Shown here piece after piece: positions 18,678 to 27,490 of a DNA stretch of 64,000 nucleotides. Source of the stretch: Planctomycetota bacterium (lineage in GTDB: Bacteria > Planctomycetota > Phycisphaerae > Phycisphaerales > UBA1924); NCBI GenBank assembly GCA_039819165.1, contig JBCBSM010000002.1:453426-517425 (forward strand), written 5' to 3'. Numbering within the stretch: position 1 is the first letter of the stretch; the number at the start of each line of letters is the position of its first letter. A program made the translations under genes and the position numbers. The notes beneath the pieces were generated by a model. It saw only the letters and a program-made list of their open reading frames with translations, did no database searches and had not been told where the DNA came from.

Positions 18678-19976
18678 TCAGGTCGATACGGCAGTCAGAT
18701 ATGATTTCCGAGATCGTCCGCGCTTTTGGGTCCAAGCAGCGGCGGCATCCGGATCCGAATCTGGTCGCATCCTGACAGGGTTCAAAATCGTGCGCGGACG
18801 ATTTGCCATTCTTGTGAGCAGTGCCTCGTTCGCGCATCGGACGATGCCGCATAGCTCTTGATTCGGCCGTCGACGTTTGGCTAGTTGGAGTTCACATCCA
18901 ATCGCACGCCCTAGACCAACAGGCACAGCATTCCCGATCTGCTTGTACTTCTGCGGGATCCCACCCGCGAATTTCCACCACTTCGGAAACTGCTGAATGG
19001 CCGCGTACTCTTCAACAGCGAGTGGTCGCAACTCGGTGGGATGACAGAGCATGGTGGCCTTGCTGTCAGGGCGTGTCGTCAACGCTGGAGACGGGCGATC
19101 CCATGCCAACCTTCGAAAGAAGCCTACTCTTCCTCCCCAGGAATCAAACGCTCCGCCGAGAGCTTCGCGCTGCAGCCTCGCAGGTAAATCTCGCCAGTTT
19201 CCACCTGCAGGAACAAGACTCAGGTAGCGCCTTTTGCTCTGACATAGATCTGTGTGCGTTCGTGGTAAGCCTGCCAACTCGTCGAGAACAACCCGCAAGT
19301 TCACCCAGGGGTTAGACCGGGAGTCCCGCCCATGAGTAGGCTTCGGTGTCGAAACAGGATTGCCGTCTCTTGAACCGAGAATAATGACTCTTTCTCGAGT
19401 CTGAGGGACACCGTAGTCAGCCGTATTGACAAGATCGAAAGAGATGTGGTAGCCCGTCTCGGCGAGCTCATCCACTATTTTCTTGAATGCGGATCCCAGC
19501 TCTTCGCTAGGGCGCAGCGGAGGAAAGGCGGGACCGCGTTCGGCCAGGGGACGATGCTTGATCGCTGCCGACAGCACTCCGCGGACGTTCTCCATCACAA
19601 AGAACCGTGGTTGTGCTTCGTGTACTACACGGAGGAACTCACGAAACAGACTCCCGCGATCATCTACGAGTGAACCTCTCTGGCCAGCAGTGCTGAACGC
19701 TTGGCAGCATGGACCGCCAACAACGAGTTCGACTTCACCCGCATCCAGCTCGGCGATCTCCAGAAGTTCGGAAGTCGGAACTGATTCGATCGGCCGATCA
19801 ACAAGACCAAAGCCGCACCTCTGCATGAGCTGGATCGAAGGTCGATTCTGACGAATTGTGTCAACTGCAAACCTATCGATCTCGACCAGTGTCCGGATCT
19901 GATAACCGGCTTGAATGAGCCCAAGATCAAGGCCCATTGCGCCCGAGAACAAAGATATGACGGAACGGCGGGACAC
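18678..19976 (-). CDS. dcm: DNA (cytosine-5)-methyltransferase
   Basis: Motif I ISLFSGAMGLDLG, IV GGPCCQAFSTAG, VI ENVRGV, VIII QTRERVIILG, X GNAVPVGLGRAIG. GTG start is 3 nt after the RHH gene stop. Confidence 0.9.
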   Translation of the reverse strand: MSRRSVISLFSGAMGLDLGLIQAGYQIRTLVEIDRFAVDTIRQNRPSIQLMQRCGFGLVDRPIESVPTSELLEIAELDAGEVELVVGGPCCQAFSTAGQRGSLVDDRGSLFREFLRVVHEAQPRFFVMENVRGVLSAAIKHRPLAERGPAFPPLRPSEELGSAFKKIVDELAETGYHISFDLVNTADYGVPQTRERVIILGSRDGNPVSTPKPTHGRDSRSNPWVNLRVVLDELAGLPRTHTDLCQSKRRYLSLVPAGGNWRDLPARLQREALGGAFDSWGGRVGFFRRLAWDRPSPALTTRPDSKATMLCHPTELRPLAVEEYAAIQQFPKWWKFAGGIPQKYKQIGNAVPVGLGRAIGCELQLAKRRRPNQELCGIVRCANEALLTRMANRPRTILNPVRMRPDSDPDAAAAWTQKRGRSRKSYLTAVST

Positions 19977-19978
19977 TG

Positions 19979-20197
19979 CTATCGCTCTGCCTTTCTAGAT
20001 GCAACAGGGTTTCCGAAGTCGAGAGGCAGTTGCCCATCGTCCGCACGCCCAATCAATTCCCGAACAGCATACTCGACGACGTACCGCAGGCTCAGCGGTG
20101 GCTGACGTCCTTCGGCAAGCTCCCTGAGGCGCTCATAGGCATCCTCGGGGAGCGAAATTGTGAACCGCTTCACCGGATGGTCTTTCGGTGGTGACAT
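19979..20197 (-). CDS. ribbon-helix-helix (CopG/Arc-type) DNA-binding protein
   Basis: ATG at 20197 (MSPPKDHPVKRFTISLPEDAYERLRELAEGRQPPLSLRYVVEYAVRELI) gives a beta-strand plus two helices. It is the first gene of the RHH-dcm pair. Confidence 0.7.
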   Translation of the reverse strand: MSPPKDHPVKRFTISLPEDAYERLRELAEGRQPPLSLRYVVEYAVRELIGRADDGQLPLDFGNPVASRKAER

Positions 20198-20199
20198 AC

Positions 20200-20235
20200 T
20201 GCACCAGTATGCACCACTCTGCACCGGGATGCAAG
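20200..20235. promoter_or_regulatory. four 10-bp-phased direct repeats (TGCACC x3, TGCAAG) - probable RHH operator
   Basis: TGCACCAGTA TGCACCACTC TGCACCGGGA TGCAAG begins 3 nt upstream of the RHH start, in the divergent intergenic region. Confidence 0.55.
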
Positions 20236-20319
20236 GGGGAGTGCCCCAGTTTTTCCCCAAGCCCTGTCGCGCAGGAGGCACTTTCTAGTAGAGCCACTGT
20301 CTGACCGGAGCCCCCCGCG

Positions 20320-20988
20320 TTGATTGATCCAAGCACCATCGATAGTGAACATCATGCCGCCGATGCCGCGGCCAAGGCGGCGATTGCTGGGCAACCCGGA
20401 CAGATGCTCGTTGAGCTGCGCGCCGCTGGCTTCCTCGACGCCGCCGCAAAGACTCTGCGAGGCAAGCACCCCGCACTCGACCACGACCAAGTTGACGCCT
20501 CCATCGCAGAGGGGATCGATGAAACCTATAGACGATGCCGATCAGCCGGTCAGATTCGCAACTTCACTGCCTACATCTGGAAAGTAGCCCATCACAAGTG
20601 CTCGGCCCGCGCCCGAGTGGTTGCGCGAGAGTCATCTCTGGAGCACACGCCTCCACCGCAAGCCCCCGGCAGTGGGATCCCCGAATCGGAAGCCGAAGAC
20701 CGCGAGAGCCTTCGCGAAGGCTTGCGAGTAGCGCGAAGCCTCATCCCGAGACTCGGGCAAGAGAACGTTGTGACTGTGATGACGTTACTGCTAGAAGCAG
20801 TCGAATCCGGCGTATTTTATGTGAGCGCAGCTGATATCAGTGATGCAACGGGCTTAAGTGAGAACACTGTGCGCCAGTGTCTAAGTAGAGGACGCCGCCG
20901 CCTTCGCGAGCTCGCTCGTCAGCAAGGGTTCTGTGTCGACGCCAGTATCGAATATACCGCACGATCCGCTGAAGGAGATCACGCGTGA
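20320..20988 (+). CDS. sigma-70 family (ECF-like) protein
   Basis: Region-2-like IRNFTAYIWKVAHHKCSARAR and region-4 HTH ADISDATGLSENTVRQCLSRGRRRLRELA. TTG at 20320 or ATG at 20404. Its stop overlaps the next gene's start (GTGA). Confidence 0.55.
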   Translation: MIDPSTIDSEHHAADAAAKAAIAGQPGQMLVELRAAGFLDAAAKTLRGKHPALDHDQVDASIAEGIDETYRRCRSAGQIRNFTAYIWKVAHHKCSARARVVARESSLEHTPPPQAPGSGIPESEAEDRESLREGLRVARSLIPRLGQENVVTVMTLLLEAVESGVFYVSAADISDATGLSENTVRQCLSRGRRRLRELARQQGFCVDASIEYTARSAEGDHA

Positions 20989-22529
20989 CAAACTCTGACC
21001 TGGACGTTCACTCGGGCGACGCCTCGAGCCACCCGACTGACGAGCACGGAACCTTCGGACGCATTCTGGACGTACTCGAGCAGGCTGCGACGGATCCTCA
21101 CGATGAGATCCTCGCGAGCGTACGTAGAGCTGTTGGCGAGCCGCTGCCCCCCGACGAGGCCGTGCGTCTGCTCCGTGTGGTAGTCGAACGACTCCAGCGG
21201 TCGATTTCAGATGAGAGCATTAGTGCTGAAGCAAGCGCATTAGTTGGCGATGCTCGTCAGCTGGCCGAACAGATCGAAGCTGAAGCATCCGCTCGCAAGG
21301 CCGATGCGCCGTCACCATTGCGACTTTGGCTTGAGGACGCCTCATATGTTGAGCCACGACCGTGGTTCCACGGCCAAGAGATCCGCATGAAGCAGGGCTA
21401 CGTGGACACACGCGATATACAACTCTGGCCGCATAACGAACGCCTGGAGATTCACCTGGCCCAGTTCCGCCAGCGTACCGGCCGTGAGCCATCGGCAGAG
21501 GAACTGATTGACATCATGCTCAGTCGGATGGACCTGCCGGGCGCTCCGGATGGTGATGATCGTGACCAGTTCAAGATTGTTCAGCTCGCTCGCAGCATCG
21601 CCATCAATGGCGTTCGCAAACCGCCAATCTTGGCATCCGACGGGCGGCTGCTTGACGGCAATCGCAGGGTCACCGCGTGCCAATACATCCTCCATAATCC
21701 TGAGTTTGGCGCCCACGAGAAACGTCGTGCTGCCAGAATTTTTGTGTGGCAGATGACCGAGGATGCCACTGACGACGAGTGCGACAAAGTTGTTGTGTCG
21801 CTCAACTTTGAGCCGGACTGTAAAGAAGATTGGCCGGAGTACGTTAAGGCTCGAAAGGTCCACGAGGAATGGAGATCACGTCTAGCCCTTGAGCCGAGAG
21901 AACCTGGGCCCAAGGAGCAAACTCGCATCCGCAAGGACATCTCAAAGCAGTTTGCGCTCGGCCCTGATGCCAGCCATGTGAATCGATACATCAAGATGGT
22001 CGAAATGGCCGATGAGTTTGAAGAGTATCAGCAGCTGGATCGCAGAAAGGATGAATACGAAACAAAGCATCGATCGAGCGAGTACTTTCAGTACTTTGAT
22101 GAGCTGCAGAAGGGGAAGAATGCCGGTGGAGTTGCTTGGTCTCTCGGGCAAGACGATGCGTTCAAGCACACGGTCTTCGACCTACTTTACGATGGCAAGT
22201 TCAAGAATTTTGCGCAGATCCGGGATCTGAAGCACATCTACGCCAACCAGGAAGCGCGAGATGTTCTACGCAAGGCTCGTGAGGAGTCAGATCCGGATGA
22301 GGCCCAGGAGCGCATAGCCGAGGCAATCGCGATCGCTCGAACGGCAAAAGCCGAAGCGAGAGAGCTTGGAGCAAACACGCGGATTGAGACGTTCGTCAAG
22401 TGGCTTGAGGAACTTCCCCTCCGCACATTCCGCGACACAGTTACGGACCGCAATCGGACCCGGCTGCATGAATCGCTTTCCTTGGTCAGTCACTATATCG
22501 GTGCGATCGAGACCGAGGAGAGCTCGTGA
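20985..22529 (+). CDS. ParB/Srx N-terminal-domain protein with long helical C-terminal region
   Basis: RBS GAAGGAG precedes the GTG. Motifs VDTRDIQLWPHNER, LARSIAINGVRKPPILASDGRLLDGNRRVTAC (GxRRxxA arginine patch). The remaining approximately 270 aa are charged and helical. Confidence 0.6.
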   Translation: MTNSDLDVHSGDASSHPTDEHGTFGRILDVLEQAATDPHDEILASVRRAVGEPLPPDEAVRLLRVVVERLQRSISDESISAEASALVGDARQLAEQIEAEASARKADAPSPLRLWLEDASYVEPRPWFHGQEIRMKQGYVDTRDIQLWPHNERLEIHLAQFRQRTGREPSAEELIDIMLSRMDLPGAPDGDDRDQFKIVQLARSIAINGVRKPPILASDGRLLDGNRRVTACQYILHNPEFGAHEKRRAARIFVWQMTEDATDDECDKVVVSLNFEPDCKEDWPEYVKARKVHEEWRSRLALEPREPGPKEQTRIRKDISKQFALGPDASHVNRYIKMVEMADEFEEYQQLDRRKDEYETKHRSSEYFQYFDELQKGKNAGGVAWSLGQDDAFKHTVFDLLYDGKFKNFAQIRDLKHIYANQEARDVLRKAREESDPDEAQERIAEAIAIARTAKAEARELGANTRIETFVKWLEELPLRTFRDTVTDRNRTRLHESLSLVSHYIGAIETEESS

Positions 22530-24289
22530 ACGCTCGTCCCTTTGTTGATGTCAAGGTCGATGCTGCTCTACGCGGCTTGGTCCTCACTCCTCGGGATCCT
22601 TCCCAATCGGTACTCGTCGCGGCAGCTCTTCGCGAGACGAATCCAGGTATCTCACTGCGCCGTTCGGCAGCTTCCCTAGTAATCGCTGACGCTGGTGTTG
22701 GGCAGGTGATCCTACCGGAGGAGCGTCTTGGGACATTGTGGACTGAGGAGGCCACTCGCTACATCGAGAATCGGCGCGTACGACGACCGTTGCACCATGC
22801 CAATCGATCAGATGCCATGGCACTGCAAGGCCGATCTCGAGCAGAACTGCTTGACGATCTTGGCCATACGGATGGGCTTGAAGTACTGGATGATCACCAG
22901 GTAACCAATGTCGCAGTCATGACGGCACCAGGACTGTGCGGAGCCTGCGTGTTTGATGAACAGGGAGCAGGGAAGACTGTCTCGCTGATCTTTGCATTCG
23001 ACCAACTAGTTCAGCGCAATGAAGTGGACTCTGCTCTGATCGTCGCACCGAAAAGCATGGTGGCAGAGTGGCCGAATGACTTCACCAGATTTTGCGGCGA
23101 TCTCTACAGCGTCATGGTCATTGGCGGCACGCGAAAGGAGAAACGGAAAGCAATCAAGAGCGGAGCCGATGTACTCGTCACCAACTTCGAGACGGTGGTC
23201 TCCATGGAGCCGGATCTCGCAGCTGTGCTGAGGCGTCGATGTCCGCGAAGTGTGCTTGTGGTTGATGAGTCGTTCTATGTGAAGAACATCGATGCAAAGC
23301 GCACCAGATCCTTGCGGAGGCTGCGCGAGTGGTGTGGGCGGGCATACGTACTGTGTGGTACTCCAGCTCCGAATGCTGCGTCGGATGTGGTAGAACAGTT
23401 CAATCTGGTGGACTTTGGCGCAACCTTCTCGGGAGTGTCAATTCCAGACGACCGCGAGTCAGCGTTGCCTGTTGTACGGGAGCGGCTGCAGGAATGCGGT
23501 GTCTTTATCAGACACTTGAAGCAAGACGTGCTGCCAGATCTCCCTCCAAAGGTGATTCGGCCGACCGTTGTACGACTGCAGCCCCAGCAACGGGCAGCAT
23601 ACGAAGCGGCTCTGACTAGCTTGTATGACGATCTCAAGCAGACAACCGATATCTCGTTTCGGAAGCAGATCTCGTCATTCCTGGCACGCCGGTCAGCGTT
23701 ACTACAGCTGTGCTCGGCGCCTCAGGCTGTTCTCGACGATTATCGCGAAACCCCCACGAAGTTGCTGGCTCTCGAAGAGATTCTCCTAGAAGTTGTTCGA
23801 AGACGAAATGAGAAGATGGTCATATGGTCGTTCTATACGAAGTCAATTGAATCCATCATGGGATTGTGCGAGCCATATAGACCTGTTCGGTACGATGGCA
23901 CAGTTTCTGACACAGCTGTACGTCGCGACTTGGTATCGCGCTTTCAAGAGGACGATTCGACGATGGTCATGGTGGCCAACCCCGCCGCGGCTGGTGCCGG
24001 CTTGACGTTGCATCGCGCTCGTGTGTCTGTTTGTGAATCGATGTCAAACCAGGCCGCGCATTACCTTCAGAGCTTGGATCGGATTCACCGTCGTGGGCAG
24101 ACGCGTGATGTCGAGATCATTGTTCTGCTTTGCGAGGAGACCTTGGAGATGGACGAGTACGACCGGCTGCAGCGCAAGGAAGCAGCTGGGCAGAACCTGA
24201 TGGGTGATCCGTGTACCTCGACAGTGAGCCGCGATCAGATGTTGGCAGAGATGATAGCGGGACTCAAGAAAGTGGGCCGGCAGCCGTAG
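22526..24289 (+). CDS. SNF2-family helicase/translocase
   Basis: Motif I DEQGAGKT, II VVDESFYVKN, III LCGTPAPN, V/VI ANPAAAGAGLTL and QSLDRIHRRGQTRDV. GTGA overlap with the upstream gene. Confidence 0.85.
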   Translation: MNARPFVDVKVDAALRGLVLTPRDPSQSVLVAAALRETNPGISLRRSAASLVIADAGVGQVILPEERLGTLWTEEATRYIENRRVRRPLHHANRSDAMALQGRSRAELLDDLGHTDGLEVLDDHQVTNVAVMTAPGLCGACVFDEQGAGKTVSLIFAFDQLVQRNEVDSALIVAPKSMVAEWPNDFTRFCGDLYSVMVIGGTRKEKRKAIKSGADVLVTNFETVVSMEPDLAAVLRRRCPRSVLVVDESFYVKNIDAKRTRSLRRLREWCGRAYVLCGTPAPNAASDVVEQFNLVDFGATFSGVSIPDDRESALPVVRERLQECGVFIRHLKQDVLPDLPPKVIRPTVVRLQPQQRAAYEAALTSLYDDLKQTTDISFRKQISSFLARRSALLQLCSAPQAVLDDYRETPTKLLALEEILLEVVRRRNEKMVIWSFYTKSIESIMGLCEPYRPVRYDGTVSDTAVRRDLVSRFQEDDSTMVMVANPAAAGAGLTLHRARVSVCESMSNQAAHYLQSLDRIHRRGQTRDVEIIVLLCEETLEMDEYDRLQRKEAAGQNLMGDPCTSTVSRDQMLAEMIAGLKKVGRQP

Positions 24290-24610
24290 GCTCGAAGACT
24301 CACATAGACTCTGGCCTCAAACCCGGGGCAGGTCACTAGTCGCTACGTGACATGTCGCCATCAAGGACAGATGGACGTCACTACCACAACGCGAGGCGGA
24401 TGATCACACGGCAACGATATGGTTGCGCCTACGCCTTCGCAGGCCCGCAGCGAGCATAGAGGGAGATCATGCAACCTGACTCTTGCGACCGTTCAAAGAC
24501 CCCGACTCTTGCCATACGATGGCGAGGAAACGATGATTGCATCGCTCGCAATACGATTGGAATGCAATAGCGATGCCTGGCTCCAGCACGCTCAATCGCA
24601 AGCACAGAGT

Positions 24611-25201
24611 TCACTCCAGTATGCCAGTTCTTGGATTGATCAGCAGAATTGCGTCTCTATCCACGATCGCACCGCCTGAACCTTGCGTGATCGGCATCTG
24701 GAACTTCATGATCGCCTGGATGTAGGCACGCGGCGTGTCATCATTGCTCGCCCTGGCCTCTACATGGAAGAGCTGCCCCTTCTTGAGCGTTCCGGACGGC
24801 GCACCGTCGGTGACTATCAGATCCATCGTGTGATAACATACAATCTCGTCCGGACCATTATTGTCTCGAGGCCTAATACAATATAGCGTACTCGAATTCC
24901 CGGAGGTCATCGCTTCCAATGCCGTACCGTGATCCTTATGACCGAGTATATTCTCGTTCACCCATCCGTGCGCTTTTATATTACTATAAAAAGGCTTTAC
25001 ACCCGTCGCACTCACCCCGAGCCATTTCCTACGCACTTCTGCCTTTGCAAACTCATCGATCAGGGGCAACGCAGCCACTCCTGCGTTCTTTCGAAATTCC
25101 TTGTCGTGCGACATGCGACCGAAGTCGATCTCTAAGTACACGCTGATGTCTTTCGCCGGAATCTCGGTTAGCTCTGCGGCCATGGCCATGTCCCTTCTCA
25201 C
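24611..25201 (-). CDS. hypothetical protein (third gene of the ECF-STK operon)
   Basis: 196 aa and AT-richer than its neighbours. Its start overlaps the kinase stop (GTGA at 25198-25201), with an alternative ATG a few codons in. No recognised motif. Confidence 0.45.
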   Translation of the reverse strand: MRRDMAMAAELTEIPAKDISVYLEIDFGRMSHDKEFRKNAGVAALPLIDEFAKAEVRRKWLGVSATGVKPFYSNIKAHGWVNENILGHKDHGTALEAMTSGNSSTLYCIRPRDNNGPDEIVCYHTMDLIVTDGAPSGTLKKGQLFHVEARASNDDTPRAYIQAIMKFQMPITQGSGGAIVDRDAILLINPRTGILE

Positions 25202-27426
25202 TGGGTGTCTAGATCTTCGCTTCGCGCGCAGCGGAAGCCGAAAGCCACTCGTCGCTGCGATGGAGACATCATGCTGGCACTCAAATCAACCAACTCATTT
25301 TGATCACCACGTGTCCAGGGCTCGCCCACAATGGTCCAAAATCCGCTCGCCTCGGCCTGCGAAGCCGGGGATTTTGGCAGCACGTAGGGCGTCTCCGTCC
25401 ATTCGGTTACGTTGCCGAGCACGTGCGTGACACGCTTGCCAGCAATCTCAATATAGTCCTGGGCGTAGTCACCAACGGACTTGACCCGGCTCGCGATGTA
25501 CGCCTGCAACTCTGCCCGGTGTGCCGCCGGCACTAGAGTCAACTCCGACCAGCCATCGATCAGTCGCCCATCGACGCCCTGCGCTTCGTCGGCCGGCAGC
25601 CGGTGCTCGCGAGACGCGTTGTACGTGTTCGCTCGGGCACGGATCGATGGCACATCGCTGGGCTCATTGCCCCACGGAAAGCGCCGTGCATCGGCACCCC
25701 GAGCCATGAACTCCCACTCGAGGGCGGTCGGCAGCCGCTTGCCGCTCCATTCAGCGAATCGCTGCGCTTCCTCCCACGTGACTCCGGTCACGGGCAACTC
25801 TGCCCAGCCGTCGGGATGGACAGGTCCATCCCAGATCGGTGGCGGCTCAGCCTCGGTGTCATCGACAAACTTGGCGTACTCTGCGCATGTAACTTCAGTG
25901 GCATCGATCCAATACGAAACGAGACCGGTCACACGCCTGGAGTATGCAGTATCCGCTTCAACCGGAAGGCGCCGAACGACAAACACCATGTCTTTGGTCG
26001 CTTTCTGCCGCGGAACGACGTGCCCTTTAATTTCCACACGAGCGGCTCGTGGTACGAGTCTCGTAAATTCGGCTTGATGCCCTTCCGCGTTGATTATAAT
26101 GAAACGGATTAGTCCAAACGGGACTTCGTGCACACGATCGGCGCGGCCGAGCAGCACGGGGTCGTGTACACGTCCAGACCTCATGTCAATTTCTCGCATC
26201 CAGATAGTGGCTGAACGACCAAATGTAGATGCATCGACAAATTGCCGTTCGTGGTCCGGACCTACGAAGAACGCCGCACCGATCGCGATGCCGGCCGCCA
26301 TCGTGGCCAACGCACCAATCATGTACCGACGTGTGTACACCACGCGCTTTACGCGGCGCATGGGAGTTGCTGGTCTAGCGAGTATTGGAGCACCTTCAAG
26401 CCACGCTCGAAGATCCGCCGCCATGTGCCCCGCGGTCGGATACCGGTGCGTCGGCTCCTTCTCCAGAGCCTTGAGACAGACGATAGACAGGTCCTTTGGG
26501 ACCGTTGGATCCACCATCGTTGGCGATCTGGGGTGAGAGCACCGCACTGCTTCGAGGACCTGATGGATCGTCTCGCCTTCAAACGGCTTGATCCCGGTGA
26601 GCGATTCGTACATGACCGCCCCGAGCGAGAAGATGTCTGATCGCCTATCGATCTTCACCTGTCCCTGAGCGACCTGTTCTGGACTCATGTACTGCGGTGT
26701 CCCTGCGATGCTCCCATCGATGGTGAGCGTGTCCACCGCGACGATCTTGGCGATGCCGAAGTCAGTGAGCCTTGCCCGATTGCCCGAATCGATCAGGATG
26801 TTAGACGGCTTGACGTCGCGATGAATGACCGGCGGGTCGTTGCTGTGCGCAATCTCCAGCGCACGAGCAACCTGTTCGATGATCGACGCGACGCGGCGGA
26901 TGTGCTCCTTGGCGGCTCGTCGATTTAGCTCGCCGCCGTTGCGTGTCACTGCGGCATCCCGTTCATGGGCACGCCATTCGGCGAGAGTCGGGCCGTCGAC
27001 ATGCTCCATGCACAGGTAATGCTGGCCGTGATCCTCACCAAACTGGTAGATCTGCACGATGCCCGGCGCTGCCAAGCCAGCCACGACCTTGGCTTCGTGA
27101 TAGAACCGAGCCAGCGCTGTTGGGTCGGCCGCGCGCGCGCCAGAGAGAATCTTGAGAGCTACTGGCCGCTCCAAGATCTCATCATGAGCAAGATACACGA
27201 TCCCCATCCCGCCTTCGCCAAGCTTTCGGACGATGCGAAAGTGGGCGAGTGCGCTCGGGGCCTCTTCAGGACTGATTGGCTCGTGCGATCGCAGCAGCGC
27301 TTCGATACGCTCCCGGGCCTTGGCATCAGGACATGCCCCACGAAGGAACGCATCTCGATCTGCAGCGGCGACAGCCAGGGCCGCGAGGAACACCGCTTTT
27401 TCGTCCACGGGCTTGGTCACGCGCAT
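25198..27426 (-). CDS. Ser/Thr protein kinase fused to FGE-sulfatase (SUMF1-like) domain
   Basis: Kinase motifs GEGGMGIVYLA, VALK, HRDVKPSNILI, DFGIAK and GTPQYMSPE. A TM helix (IGALATMAAGIAIGAAFFV) follows. The C-terminal FGE-like part has YWIDATEVTCAEYAKF, GVTWEEAQRFAEWSGKRLPTALEWEFMARG and NVTEW. Confidence 0.85.
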   Translation of the reverse strand: MRVTKPVDEKAVFLAALAVAAADRDAFLRGACPDAKARERIEALLRSHEPISPEEAPSALAHFRIVRKLGEGGMGIVYLAHDEILERPVALKILSGARAADPTALARFYHEAKVVAGLAAPGIVQIYQFGEDHGQHYLCMEHVDGPTLAEWRAHERDAAVTRNGGELNRRAAKEHIRRVASIIEQVARALEIAHSNDPPVIHRDVKPSNILIDSGNRARLTDFGIAKIVAVDTLTIDGSIAGTPQYMSPEQVAQGQVKIDRRSDIFSLGAVMYESLTGIKPFEGETIHQVLEAVRCSHPRSPTMVDPTVPKDLSIVCLKALEKEPTHRYPTAGHMAADLRAWLEGAPILARPATPMRRVKRVVYTRRYMIGALATMAAGIAIGAAFFVGPDHERQFVDASTFGRSATIWMREIDMRSGRVHDPVLLGRADRVHEVPFGLIRFIIINAEGHQAEFTRLVPRAARVEIKGHVVPRQKATKDMVFVVRRLPVEADTAYSRRVTGLVSYWIDATEVTCAEYAKFVDDTEAEPPPIWDGPVHPDGWAELPVTGVTWEEAQRFAEWSGKRLPTALEWEFMARGADARRFPWGNEPSDVPSIRARANTYNASREHRLPADEAQGVDGRLIDGWSELTLVPAAHRAELQAYIASRVKSVGDYAQDYIEIAGKRVTHVLGNVTEWTETPYVLPKSPASQAEASGFWTIVGEPWTRGDQNELVDLSASMMSPSQRRVAFGFRCARSEDLDTQ

Positions 27427-27490
27427 CCCTCAGATCAATGCGTCCGTCTCCCACCGAGATCACGCACCCAGCGTGCGCGGAAACTACGAT

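Noticed and set aside
20198-20281. The longer RHH ORF starting at 20281.
   Set aside because: The extension would translate the TGCACC repeat array and adds a non-RHH, Cys/Trp-rich N-terminus. The ATG at 20197 gives a canonical RHH N-terminal beta-strand.
25198-27426. The Ser/Thr kinase considered as PglW of a BREX type 2/Pgl system, given the nearby methyltransferase and helicase.
   Set aside because: There are no PglX-type N6 MTase, PglZ phosphatase or PglY/BrxC ATPase genes. The kinase has the FGE-fusion architecture common in Planctomycetes and is paired with an ECF sigma.
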